64,000 nt of DNA from Candidatus Flemingiibacterium merdigallinarum (GTDB lineage: Bacteria > Bacillota > Clostridia > Oscillospirales > CAG-272). The position numbers and the translations under genes are program-made. Location of the stretch: positions 741 to 64,740 of the forward strand of contig CAJFKR010000002.1 of the NCBI GenBank assembly GCA_904386005.1. The letters are read 5' to 3'. The notes under the pieces were generated by a model. It made no database searches. It saw nothing but the letters and a program-made list of their open reading frames with translations, and was not told the DNA's origin. Positions 56,311-64,000 of this stretch are shown here, piece after piece. The first letter of the stretch is position 1; every line of letters begins with the position of its first letter.

Positions 56311-56506
56311 AAGCCGCCGATTGGGAAGCAGTGGTCCCAGCAGTTTCGTCCTGCGGACGAACCTGCCCAAGGCGGCGCGCCACTGTAGACCAAGCGGTTT
56401 GCACTGATAATCGTCAGTGACAGTGACTATAAAAATAATATAACCTAATCTGCGAAAGTTTTCGGAGGGGGTCTGGGGGAGTCCTTTTTCAAAAGGACTC
56501 CCCCAG
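56311..56506 (+). repeat. copy c of the X+Y intergenic element
   Basis: Module X, ttgggaagcagtggtcccag, is at 56321-56340, with a 28-nt hairpin insert. Module Y, AATCTGCGAAAGTTTTCGGAGGGGGTCTGGGGGA-GTCC-TTTTTCAAAA-GGAC-TCCCCCAG, is at 56446-56505. Confidence 0.8.
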
Positions 56507-56512
56507 TGGTAT

Positions 56513-57370
56513 TTATGGATTAAGCTCAGCTATAATATGAGCAATCGCGTCGTCGGTGTTCGCGACGGTGACGCGGTCGGCGGCGGCTTTTACGCTGTCG
56601 AGGGCGTTTGCTACCGCGTAGCCGATGTCGGCGCGGCGGAGCATGGGGATGTCGTTTTCGTAGTCGCCGACGCAGACGATGGTGTGAATTTTGTCCCTGC
56701 CGCCGAGCAGATCGCGCAGGGCGAGGACGCCGTTGCCTTTGCCGCCGGATATGGGGTTTATCTCGAGTCCGGCGGGCCAGCTGCGCTGACAGCTGATACC
56801 GCCGACGTTCGATTCGAGCCAGCAACCGAAATCGGGATCGATCGCGGGTTCAAGCATCAGTATCATTTTGTATACCGGACTTGCGCCGATACGCTCGAGG
56901 ACGACCTCGGGGTTTATACAGTCGGCTCGCGCAAAGCTAAGCCGATCCGACAGTGTATAGACGTGCAGCTCGTTCCAGTCGAACTCGCTGTCATACGCGG
57001 TTTGTATCGCTGATATAATCACTTCCGGCTCGAGCCGGCTCTCCCACAGGACGTCGCCGTTTTTCGGATCATAGACAAGGTTGCCGTTAAGCAGCAGCGC
57101 GTAGGACGATAGCTCTATGCCCATACTGTCGAGGTAGGACGGGTAGCGCCCCGACGCTATTGTGAATATGCCGCCCTCAGATTCGAAACGCGCTATAGCG
57201 TCAAGGTTCGCTTCCGAGACATTCCGACCATCCGAGGTCAGCGTCCCGTCCCAGTCGGAGCAGAGCAGAAAGCCAGAATATCTGCCGGAACGGCGTGACC
57301 CTGAAAGGTCAGAGCCGCGAGCTCCGACGGGGGTGTCAAAGCCGCGGCTCATCATAATATTGCCAGCCAA
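56513..57370 (-). CDS. Cof-type HAD-IIB phosphatase
   Basis: The motifs are CSDWDGTL (motif I) and GDYENDIPML (motif IV). The start codon is uncertain within the first ~7 codons. Confidence 0.8.
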   Translation of the reverse strand: MAGNIMMSRGFDTPVGARGSDLSGSRRSGRYSGFLLCSDWDGTLTSDGRNVSEANLDAIARFESEGGIFTIASGRYPSYLDSMGIELSSYALLLNGNLVYDPKNGDVLWESRLEPEVIISAIQTAYDSEFDWNELHVYTLSDRLSFARADCINPEVVLERIGASPVYKMILMLEPAIDPDFGCWLESNVGGISCQRSWPAGLEINPISGGKGNGVLALRDLLGGRDKIHTIVCVGDYENDIPMLRRADIGYAVANALDSVKAAADRVTVANTDDAIAHIIAELNP

Positions 57371-57376
57371 CGAATA

Positions 57377-58192
57377 TTACCAGCCAAGCAGCTTTAAGTA
57401 GTCGCGGCTCAGCTTCGCGCACTCGAGCGGAGTCTTGCCCATGGACGGCTGATCCTGCTCGACGACGACCCAGCTTGCACCGGCTTTGACCGACGCGTCA
57501 AGGATGTTCGGCGCGTTCTGCAGTCCGAAGCCGAACGGGCGGAACTCAAAGCCGGACGGACGCTTCGGAGCGTCCTTCTTGATTCCGATCAGCTCGTACA
57601 TATCGTCTGATTTTTCGCCCGAGAAGTCCTTTAAGTGTACGACCGGAGCGCGGCCTGTGTACTTAATCACATAGTTTGACGGGTTCTCGCCGCCGACGTT
57701 GACCCAGCAGGTGTCAAGCTCGGTCTGTAAAAGCTCGGCGGGAACCTTCTTATAAAGCAGGTCGAGACCGTACTCGCCGTCTATCTTCACGAATTCGAAG
57801 TCGTGGTTGTGGTAGAGCAGGGTCATGCCGTACTTGTTGGCGAGCGCGCCGATCATCTTGATATCCTCGACCGTCTCTTCGAACTTGGACGCGCCCGGGC
57901 GGCGTTCCTCGATGACGTAGGGAACGGCGATGTATTTGCAGCCGATATCGGCGTAGGTCTTGACCGTCTCCTCGGGCTTTGCCACAAGCTCGTCGATCGG
58001 CACGTGAGCCGAAATCGGAACGAGTCCGACCGCCTCGCAGGCTGCCTTGATTTCAGCCGGCGACTTGCCGTTGAGTCCGGCGAATTCGACTCCGTCGTAA
58101 CCCATTTCCTTTACCTTTTTGAGAGTGCCCTCCATATCGGCCGCGAAATCGTCGCGAACCGAATAGAGCTGCAATGCTACTGGAAGTGCCAT
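57377..58192 (-). CDS. sugar phosphate isomerase/epimerase (xylose-isomerase-like TIM barrel)
   Basis: Family-typical segments are LQLYSVRD, GYDGVEFAG, LLYHNHDFEF and VVEQD. Confidence 0.8.
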   Translation of the reverse strand: MALPVALQLYSVRDDFAADMEGTLKKVKEMGYDGVEFAGLNGKSPAEIKAACEAVGLVPISAHVPIDELVAKPEETVKTYADIGCKYIAVPYVIEERRPGASKFEETVEDIKMIGALANKYGMTLLYHNHDFEFVKIDGEYGLDLLYKKVPAELLQTELDTCWVNVGGENPSNYVIKYTGRAPVVHLKDFSGEKSDDMYELIGIKKDAPKRPSGFEFRPFGFGLQNAPNILDASVKAGASWVVVEQDQPSMGKTPLECAKLSRDYLKLLGW

Positions 58193-58317
58193 GATTTTAT
58201 CCTCCGTGTAATTATAATGATTTCAGTATATGCTGATAGGACAAGTATATCATACCGCGGCGCAAATTTCAACCGCCTTTTATGAATTTTTACGATTTTA
58301 ATCGAGAGAAGTTCAAA

Positions 58318-58434
58318 GGAGAGCGGAGAGTGGAGAGCGGAGAGCGGAGAGTGGAGAGCGGAGAGCGGAGAGTGGTCTCGGATTCGCGGAGCGAATCCGA
58401 GAGCTGTGGAAGAAAATCGCCGGAGGCGATTTTC
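58318..58434 (+). repeat. eight GGAGAGY heptamers followed by two modular hairpins (same family as 41949-42072, opposite orientation)
   Basis: The heptamers span 58318-58373. The hairpins are tctcggattcgc/gcgaatccgaga (58376-58402) and gaaaatcgcc/gcgattttc (58412-58434). The linker between them is AGCTGTGG. Confidence 0.85.
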
Positions 58435-58440
58435 GATATG

Positions 58441-59442
58441 TCAGTTGTAATACTTGCTCTGCGGATCGGCGGTGATGACGCCGGTTATATCCGCGTTCAG
58501 ATTGACGTTTTCGGCGGTGAGTCCCGATTCGGTGAATTCGTTAAGACCGCGCACGGCGATACCGGCGGCGCTGCCGGGCGTCGTCAGCGTCGGGAAGGTA
58601 GAGATATTGCAGTCGCGGTACTTTACGTTGTCAACTGTCGCCGAGGCGCATTCGAGCGCGCAGGCTGACGAATAGGTCAGCGCCGTGACGCTCGCGCGGG
58701 ATATCTCGCAGTCGGTCAGATTGAGACTGCCGACTGTGCGGACAATCAGCGACGAATCGGTCGTGAGCTGTCCATACAGCGACTGCACGGCAAACGAGCC
58801 GATATTGAGCCGCGCGGCGTCGAGACTGTCACAGCTGCCTATAAGTCCGGCGGCTGATTCATAGCTTGACACGACGGCGTTGAAAATCCTGATATCGTCA
58901 AGCCTGACGTCGCCGCCCGTGCCGAGCAGAATCGGACTGTCGAAAAACAGCGTTTCGGGTGACGGTACAATTGAGGTGCCGTCCTCGCTTGTACTCGAAT
59001 TCAGTCTGATGTTCGTGAACTCGGCTCTCCCGGTGCAGCTTGCGACAATCGAGCCGAGGACGCGGCGCTCGCCATTCGAATAGACGCAGAGGTCGGATAT
59101 GCTGACGTCGTCGGCGTAAGCGACAAGGTTTTTCGCGAATACGACTCGGCTGCCGTTGAAGCGCAGTTCACCGCGAAACGGTATTTCGGGCGTTCCGAGG
59201 CTACAGTCGGCGACAAGCTCAAGCTCGGGTGCAAATTCGACGGTGATACCTACAGTGCCGCTGTCGGCATTGTCATTGCGGTCACTGACGGTATATTCGC
59301 CGCTGTTATAGCGCTCGACAAAGTCATTCCAGTCGTCGCTGCTGTCGATGGTTATGGTCGTCGGCGTTTCGTTTAGGGTTTCGGTGCAGGATACGAGGGA
59401 AAATACAAGGCAGAAAATCAAACCAACTACTATTCTTGACAT
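58441..59442 (-). CDS. hypothetical lipoprotein (repetitive beta-rich)
   Basis: ATG 59442 is preceded by AGAGGT. The lipobox is VFSLVSC. The 5' two-fifths of the 560-aa track ORF is antisense to the TraX gene and I reject it. Confidence 0.65.
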   Translation of the reverse strand: MSRIVVGLIFCLVFSLVSCTETLNETPTTITIDSSDDWNDFVERYNSGEYTVSDRNDNADSGTVGITVEFAPELELVADCSLGTPEIPFRGELRFNGSRVVFAKNLVAYADDVSISDLCVYSNGERRVLGSIVASCTGRAEFTNIRLNSSTSEDGTSIVPSPETLFFDSPILLGTGGDVRLDDIRIFNAVVSSYESAAGLIGSCDSLDAARLNIGSFAVQSLYGQLTTDSSLIVRTVGSLNLTDCEISRASVTALTYSSACALECASATVDNVKYRDCNISTFPTLTTPGSAAGIAVRGLNEFTESGLTAENVNLNADITGVITADPQSKYYN

Positions 59443-59462
59443 TGCAATACCTCTTGTTCGGA

Positions 59463-60278
59463 TTAGCTCGGACAGAGCACGAGCATAATCAGTTTTAACA
59501 CAAATATGTGCGCCGGATAGTATATGTAGAAAAACCACTTCATCGCCCGACCGCGCTGTCCGTTGTACAGCAGCAAAAACACGCTCGACAGCGACGCTGA
59601 CAGCGTATACATCAGCGAGCCGAACGAAATATAGCTCCACTCGAAGCCGCTGCCGTAATACGCCTGCCGCAATATGTATGTGAGCACTGCCCACACGCAG
59701 ACGACGGCAGCCTGCCTGCCGCGGCGAGCCGCGAAATAAAGCCCGATTATCAGCAGCACACCGAGCGCGCCGTAGTCGCAGTCGATATATTCGGCAATGA
59801 ACAGCGCGGCGAGCGATACAAGCAGATCGAGTATCGGCGCGTATTTCGGAATAACGCCGTCGATATATCGAAACAGCGCGAGCGCCGAAGCCGATATCGC
59901 GAGTGTGAAGAACACGTTCGTGAAATTGAGCCGCGCGAGACTTGAGAAAAAGCCGCCGACACTCGCTTCGCCCGTGAAGCCGAAATAGTAGAACGGCTCG
60001 GATATGACGGCGAATATAAACAGCCGCAAAAGGTAGCGTCTGACATTTCGCGTGTGCAGTATGCCCTCGACAATGAAAAACGCGAACAGCGGGAACGCCA
60101 TTCTGCCGACGACTCGAAGCCACGCGGCGATAGTTCCCGCCATGCTTGACGGCAGGGGCGGGATGAGTATTGACAGACCGGATTGCCCGAGTATCGCGCC
60201 GATGTGGTCGAGCGTCATGATTATAATCGCGGCGAGCTTGATTTTATAGGACGTGAGTCCGATTTTTTCTGTAAGCAT
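59463..60278 (-). CDS. TraX family membrane protein
   Basis: The N-terminus is LKLAAIIIMTLDHIGAIL. The protein is polytopic and hydrophobic and is 271 aa long. Confidence 0.75.
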   Translation of the reverse strand: MLTEKIGLTSYKIKLAAIIIMTLDHIGAILGQSGLSILIPPLPSSMAGTIAAWLRVVGRMAFPLFAFFIVEGILHTRNVRRYLLRLFIFAVISEPFYYFGFTGEASVGGFFSSLARLNFTNVFFTLAISASALALFRYIDGVIPKYAPILDLLVSLAALFIAEYIDCDYGALGVLLIIGLYFAARRGRQAAVVCVWAVLTYILRQAYYGSGFEWSYISFGSLMYTLSASLSSVFLLLYNGQRGRAMKWFFYIYYPAHIFVLKLIMLVLCPS

Positions 60279-60436
60279 GACGACAATTCGTCCTTATATT
60301 ATCAGTGAATGCGGTTTGGCGGCAGACCGATGTGGAATCAGTCCGCCGCCTGTTTTGGTCGATAGAGTGCGCCGTGATTTATGACGCGCGGCGATTTTCG
60401 CGGACTATCGAGCTGTTTTTGTGACTTGCCGCAATA

Positions 60437-61693
60437 TCACTTGAAGTATTTCGTCACGCCGAGCGTCGCGAAGTAGTCGTCCGGAGTCTCGGCGCGGCGG
60501 ATGAGCTCGACCGAGCCGTCCTCGTGTAGCAGCAGCTCGCTCGACCGCAGCTTGCCGTTGTAGTTGTAGCCCATGGCGAAGCCGTGCGCGCCGGTATCGT
60601 GTATCGCGAGGATGTCGCCGATGTCGATTTTCGGCAGCATTCGGTCTATAGCGAATTTGTCGTTGTTCTCGCAGAGACCGCCGGTCACGTCGTACATATG
60701 GTCCGAGGGCTCGTTCTCCTTGCCCATGACCGTGATGTGGTGGTACGCGCCGTACATCGCCGGACGCATCAGGTTCGCGGCGCAGGCGTCGCAGCCGATA
60801 TATTCCTTGTAGATGTGCTTTTCGTGTATCGCTTTTGTTATAAGCATACCGTTCGGCGCGAGCATATAGCGTCCGAGCTCGGTGTAAATGGCCACGTCGT
60901 CAAGTCCTGCCGGAACGAGTATCTCGTCGTATACGCGGTGTACTCCGTCGCCGATAACGCCGATGTCCGCCGGCTCGGCGTCGGGCAGGTAGGGTACGCC
61001 GACTCCGCCCGAAAGGTTGATGAACGATACCGAGATTCCGGTCAGCTCCTTTAGCTTGACCGCGAGTCGGAACAATACTCCGGCGAGCGTCGGGTAGTAT
61101 TCGTTATTAGTGTTGTTGCTCGAAAGGAAGGCGTGAATGCCGAATTTCTCCGCGCCTTTTTCTTTCAGTATACGGAAGGCTTCTATCAGCTGCTCCTCGG
61201 TCATGCCGTATTTGGCTTCGCTCGGGCTGCCCATTATCTGCGTGCTGATTTTGAAGTCTCCGCCCGGGTTGTAGCGGCAGCAGATGGTCTTTGGTATCGA
61301 GCCGGTGACCTTTTCGAGAAAATCGATGTGCGTGAAGTCGTCGAGGTTTATAATAGCTCCGAGCCGTCTCGCCTCAACAAAGTCGGCGGCGGGAGTCGCG
61401 TTGGACGAGAACATGATCTCCTCGCCCTTGAAGCCTACGCGGTCGCTCATCATAAGCTCGGTCAGCGACGAGCAGTCGACTCCGCAGCCCTCGCTTTTCA
61501 GGATATCGAGTATCACCGGATTCGGCGTCGCCTTGACGGCGAAGTACTCGCGGAAGCCCTTGTTCCACGCGAACGCCTTGTTAAGCGCGCGCGCCCGCTC
61601 GCGTATGCCGCGCTCGTCGTAGATGTGGAACGGGGTGGGATATTTTTCGATTATTTTTTCAAGCTGTGCCTTTGTGACAAATGGCTTTTTCAA
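60437..61693 (-). CDS. PLP-dependent decarboxylase of the diaminopimelate/ornithine decarboxylase fold (group IV)
   Basis: The PLP-Lys context is YFAVKATPNP. It also has the Gly-rich loop LSGGVGVPY and the C-terminal segment GGLCENNDKF. Confidence 0.8.
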   Translation of the reverse strand: MKKPFVTKAQLEKIIEKYPTPFHIYDERGIRERARALNKAFAWNKGFREYFAVKATPNPVILDILKSEGCGVDCSSLTELMMSDRVGFKGEEIMFSSNATPAADFVEARRLGAIINLDDFTHIDFLEKVTGSIPKTICCRYNPGGDFKISTQIMGSPSEAKYGMTEEQLIEAFRILKEKGAEKFGIHAFLSSNNTNNEYYPTLAGVLFRLAVKLKELTGISVSFINLSGGVGVPYLPDAEPADIGVIGDGVHRVYDEILVPAGLDDVAIYTELGRYMLAPNGMLITKAIHEKHIYKEYIGCDACAANLMRPAMYGAYHHITVMGKENEPSDHMYDVTGGLCENNDKFAIDRMLPKIDIGDILAIHDTGAHGFAMGYNYNGKLRSSELLLHEDGSVELIRRAETPDDYFATLGVTKYFK

Positions 61694-61841
61694 TTTACAC
61701 TTCTCCTGTCGAACGCCGGAGCCGCTCCGGCTTTATATAACTTATTATACCACAAATGCTTTCAAATGTCAAAGCCGCGCCGAATAAAAAATTCACGAAA
61801 TTGAGTATTGACAACGACCGATTTTAATGATATCCTTTAAT

Positions 61842-62009
61842 GTGAGTTAGGAGTGAGGAATGAGGAGTTAGGAGTGGAGGTACATAAAAATCCCCGTTGG
61901 GGATTTTTATGAAAATTTTATTATTAAGCTCGCGGGTGCTGCGGGGAGAGAGTTATAAGTTAGGAGTGGAAGTATATAAATCCCAGGATGGGGATTTTTT
62001 ATTAATACA
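61842..62009 (+). promoter_or_regulatory. structured leader of the MATE gene with two repeated hairpin/T-tract units
   Basis: The direct repeats AGTTAGGAGTGGARGTAYATAAA start at 61866 and 61958. Each runs into a hairpin followed by a T-run (61886-61910 and 61978-62000). Confidence 0.6.
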
Positions 62010-63350
62010 ATGAAACAATGTGATTTTACAAATGGAAATATAACGTCAAAGCTGATGGCGTTCGCTTTGCCGATGATAGCGGGAAACATATTGCAGCAGT
62101 GCTATAATATCGCGGACACGCTTATTGTCGGGCGGTGGCTCGGACGGGACGCGCTCGCCGCGGTCGGTTCGTCGTTTTCGCTTATGACCTTTATAACGTC
62201 GATAATACTCGGACTGTGCATGGGCAGCGGCGTCGCGTTTTCGATAAGCTACGGCGAGGGGGACGTACACAAGCTGAAAAGCGATATTCTGCACTCGTTC
62301 ATTCTCATCTTTCCGGCGGCGCTGCTAATCAACGTCGTCGCTGTCCTCGGACTTGACCCGATCATGACGCTGCTGCGCGTGCCGGACGAGGTAGTGCCGT
62401 ATATGCGCGAATATTTGCAGGTCATATTTGTCGGAATCATCGCGACCTTTTTATACAACTACTTCGCGTCGCTGCTGCGCGCGGTCGGAAACTCTGTAGC
62501 GCCGCTGATATTCCTCGGCGTGTCGGCGCTTTTGAATGTCGGGCTCGACCTTTTGTTCATACTCGCCTTTGACATGGGCGTCGGCGGCGCGGCATGGGCT
62601 ACCGTCATCGCGCAGTATGTCTCGGGAATCGGCGCGGCGGTTTATACGCTCGCCGCTTTCCCCGAATACCGAATTTCACGCGGCGAGACTACGTTTGACT
62701 CTGCCAAACTCAAAGGGATCGCCGGACTGTCGTTCATGACCTCGGTGCAGCAGTCGGTCATGAACTTCGGCATACTGATGGTTCAGGGACTCGTCAACAG
62801 CTTCGGCGCGGTGATAATGGCGGCGTTCGCGGCAGGAGTCAAGATAGACTCGTTCGCGTATATGCCGGTGCAGGATTTCGGCAACGCGTTTTCGACATTC
62901 ATCGCGCAGAATTACGGCGCGGGCAAGACCGAGCGCATCAAAAAGGGCATCCGCGGCGCGGTCATATGCGTATCGGTGTTCTGCGTAGCGGTCAGCGCGC
63001 TGATATTCGTCCTCGCGCCCATGCTCATCGGCATATTCGTCGAGCCGACCGAGACCGAAATCATCGCAGAGGGCGCGCGCTATCTGCGCGTCGAGGGCGT
63101 ATTATACATCGGCATCGGAATACTGTTCTTATTATACGGCTACTACCGCGCGGTCAAGCGTCCGGGTATGTCGGTGATACTGACTGTCTGCTCGCTCGGC
63201 ACGCGCGTCGCGCTCGCTTACATATTGTCGGCGATACCCTCGCTCGGCGTCGTCGGAATCTGGGTGTCGGTGCCGATTGGCTGGGCATTTGCCGATATCG
63301 TCGGGGCGGTATATTACCGGTATCTCTCGCGGCGAGAGCGAACGTTATAA
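62010..63350 (+). CDS. MATE family efflux transporter
   Basis: The N-terminus is FALPMIAGNILQQCYNIADTLIVGR. The protein is a 12-TM-type hydrophobic protein of 446 aa. Confidence 0.9.
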   Translation: MKQCDFTNGNITSKLMAFALPMIAGNILQQCYNIADTLIVGRWLGRDALAAVGSSFSLMTFITSIILGLCMGSGVAFSISYGEGDVHKLKSDILHSFILIFPAALLINVVAVLGLDPIMTLLRVPDEVVPYMREYLQVIFVGIIATFLYNYFASLLRAVGNSVAPLIFLGVSALLNVGLDLLFILAFDMGVGGAAWATVIAQYVSGIGAAVYTLAAFPEYRISRGETTFDSAKLKGIAGLSFMTSVQQSVMNFGILMVQGLVNSFGAVIMAAFAAGVKIDSFAYMPVQDFGNAFSTFIAQNYGAGKTERIKKGIRGAVICVSVFCVAVSALIFVLAPMLIGIFVEPTETEIIAEGARYLRVEGVLYIGIGILFLLYGYYRAVKRPGMSVILTVCSLGTRVALAYILSAIPSLGVVGIWVSVPIGWAFADIVGAVYYRYLSRRERTL

Positions 63351-63401
63351 TTTGTGCGATTATTGCGCAAAATAGCTGTGTTATAAGTGAGGAGGTTTAT
63401 T

Positions 63402-64000
63402 ATGCACGATAACTTTATTCTACGCGCCCGCGGGCTTATTTCAATGGACGATGAGACTTCGCCGGACGCCGATTCGGTCGCGGTCTCTGACGGCAGAATC
63501 GCGGCTGTAGGCAGCTTTCGCGAGCTTAAGTCACAGTTTCCGTTCTACCGCGTCGAGGACGCGGATGGATATCTTCAGCCGGCGTTTATCGATTCGCACA
63601 GCCACTACACGAATCTCGCGATGGCGCAGCTGCAAATACCGCTCGACGGGTGTAAATGTGAGGCGCAGATCGAAGCGGCGGTGCGCGAGTATCTGTCGCA
63701 AAACAATCCGGCTCGCGGCGAATGGCTGACCGCGCGCGGCTGGGACAACAACGGCTTTCCGATGGCGCGTCGCCTGACGCTCGAATTCATAGACCGGTTT
63801 ACGCCCGACAATCCGCTTATCATCTGCCACAAATCGGGTCACGTCGGCTATCTGAACAGCGAGGCTATGCGCCGGCTTAACATCGACGGCTCGACCGAGT
63901 CTCCGGCGGGCGGACTTATCGAAAAGCGGAACGGTCAGCCGACCGGATATTTTGAGGAGAACGCGTTCATCGAATATCAGAAAAAAATACCGCTGCCCGG
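63402..64000 (+). CDS. amidohydrolase (YtcJ-like, amidohydrolase 3 family); 3' end lies outside the window
   Basis: ATG 63402 lies 6 nt after GGAGG. My own translation is MHDNFILRARGLISMDDE...LQPAFIDSHSHYT..., and the frame stays open to the window edge. It is absent from the ORF track because it has no stop codon. Confidence 0.75.
   Translation, partial: MHDNFILRARGLISMDDETSPDADSVAVSDGRIAAVGSFRELKSQFPFYRVEDADGYLQPAFIDSHSHYTNLAMAQLQIPLDGCKCEAQIEAAVREYLSQNNPARGEWLTARGWDNNGFPMARRLTLEFIDRFTPDNPLIICHKSGHVGYLNSEAMRRLNIDGSTESPAGGLIEKRNGQPTGYFEENAFIEYQKKIPLP

Noticed and set aside
59443-60123. The first ~227 codons of the 560-aa minus-strand ORF 58441-60123.
   Set aside because: This part overlaps the TraX gene (59463-60278) in another frame and is Arg/His/Cys-rich junk. 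A proper lipoprotein start (AGAGGT, then ATG 59442, with lipobox LVSC) lies downstream.
59463-60278. The TraX gene considered as evidence of a conjugative or integrative element.
   Set aside because: No relaxase, coupling protein, type IV secretion gene, integrase or att-like repeat lies nearby. Stand-alone TraX-family membrane proteins are common chromosomal genes in Clostridia.

Overview
This 64-kb window looks like chromosome from a high-G+C, spore-forming Firmicute. The Clostridia-like markers are SpoIVA, an SLH-domain wall protein, a T-box-controlled thrS and GGAGG-type Shine-Dalgarno sites. I support about 50 protein genes. Most of the long ORFs on the opposite strand of these genes are GC-rich shadow frames.

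Gene content, in order along the window:
- A Gfo/Idh/MocA oxidoreductase, glycyl-radical activase and glycyl radical enzyme (GRE) operon.
- A frameshifted glycosidase-like gene.
- AIM24, an HtrA-like protease, a D-Ala-D-Ala carboxypeptidase and a large, lower-G+C SLH protein.
- A low-G+C hicB-mazE-mazF islet.
- YhaO/YhaN-like nuclease and ATPase genes.
- thrS with its T-box leader, followed by a kinase and a NUDIX hydrolase.
- cdd and a heterodimeric ABC exporter.
- ahcY and several sugar-type oxidoreductase/TIM-barrel genes.
- An XRE-HTH gene followed by two MutS-domain-V paralogues.
- spoIVA.
- A corrinoid methyltransferase cluster with its reductive activase and a decayed second methyltransferase.
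- An AraC, BNR and CBM9-like operon.
- csoR-copA, with a CopZ module fused to copA.
- HAD, TraX, a DAP-decarboxylase-like gene, MATE and an amidohydrolase.

Candidates most worth follow-up:
1. The GRE, whose thiyl loop is non-canonical (GCHWMC).
2. The HTH plus paired MutS-like ATPase operon, which sits next to a 20-copy tandem array.
3. Two families of modular intergenic hairpin elements whose stems covary. Inverted copies of one family bracket csoR.

I cannot show from sequence alone that any of these is a new system. Every functional assignment comes from motif recognition by eye, not from database searches.
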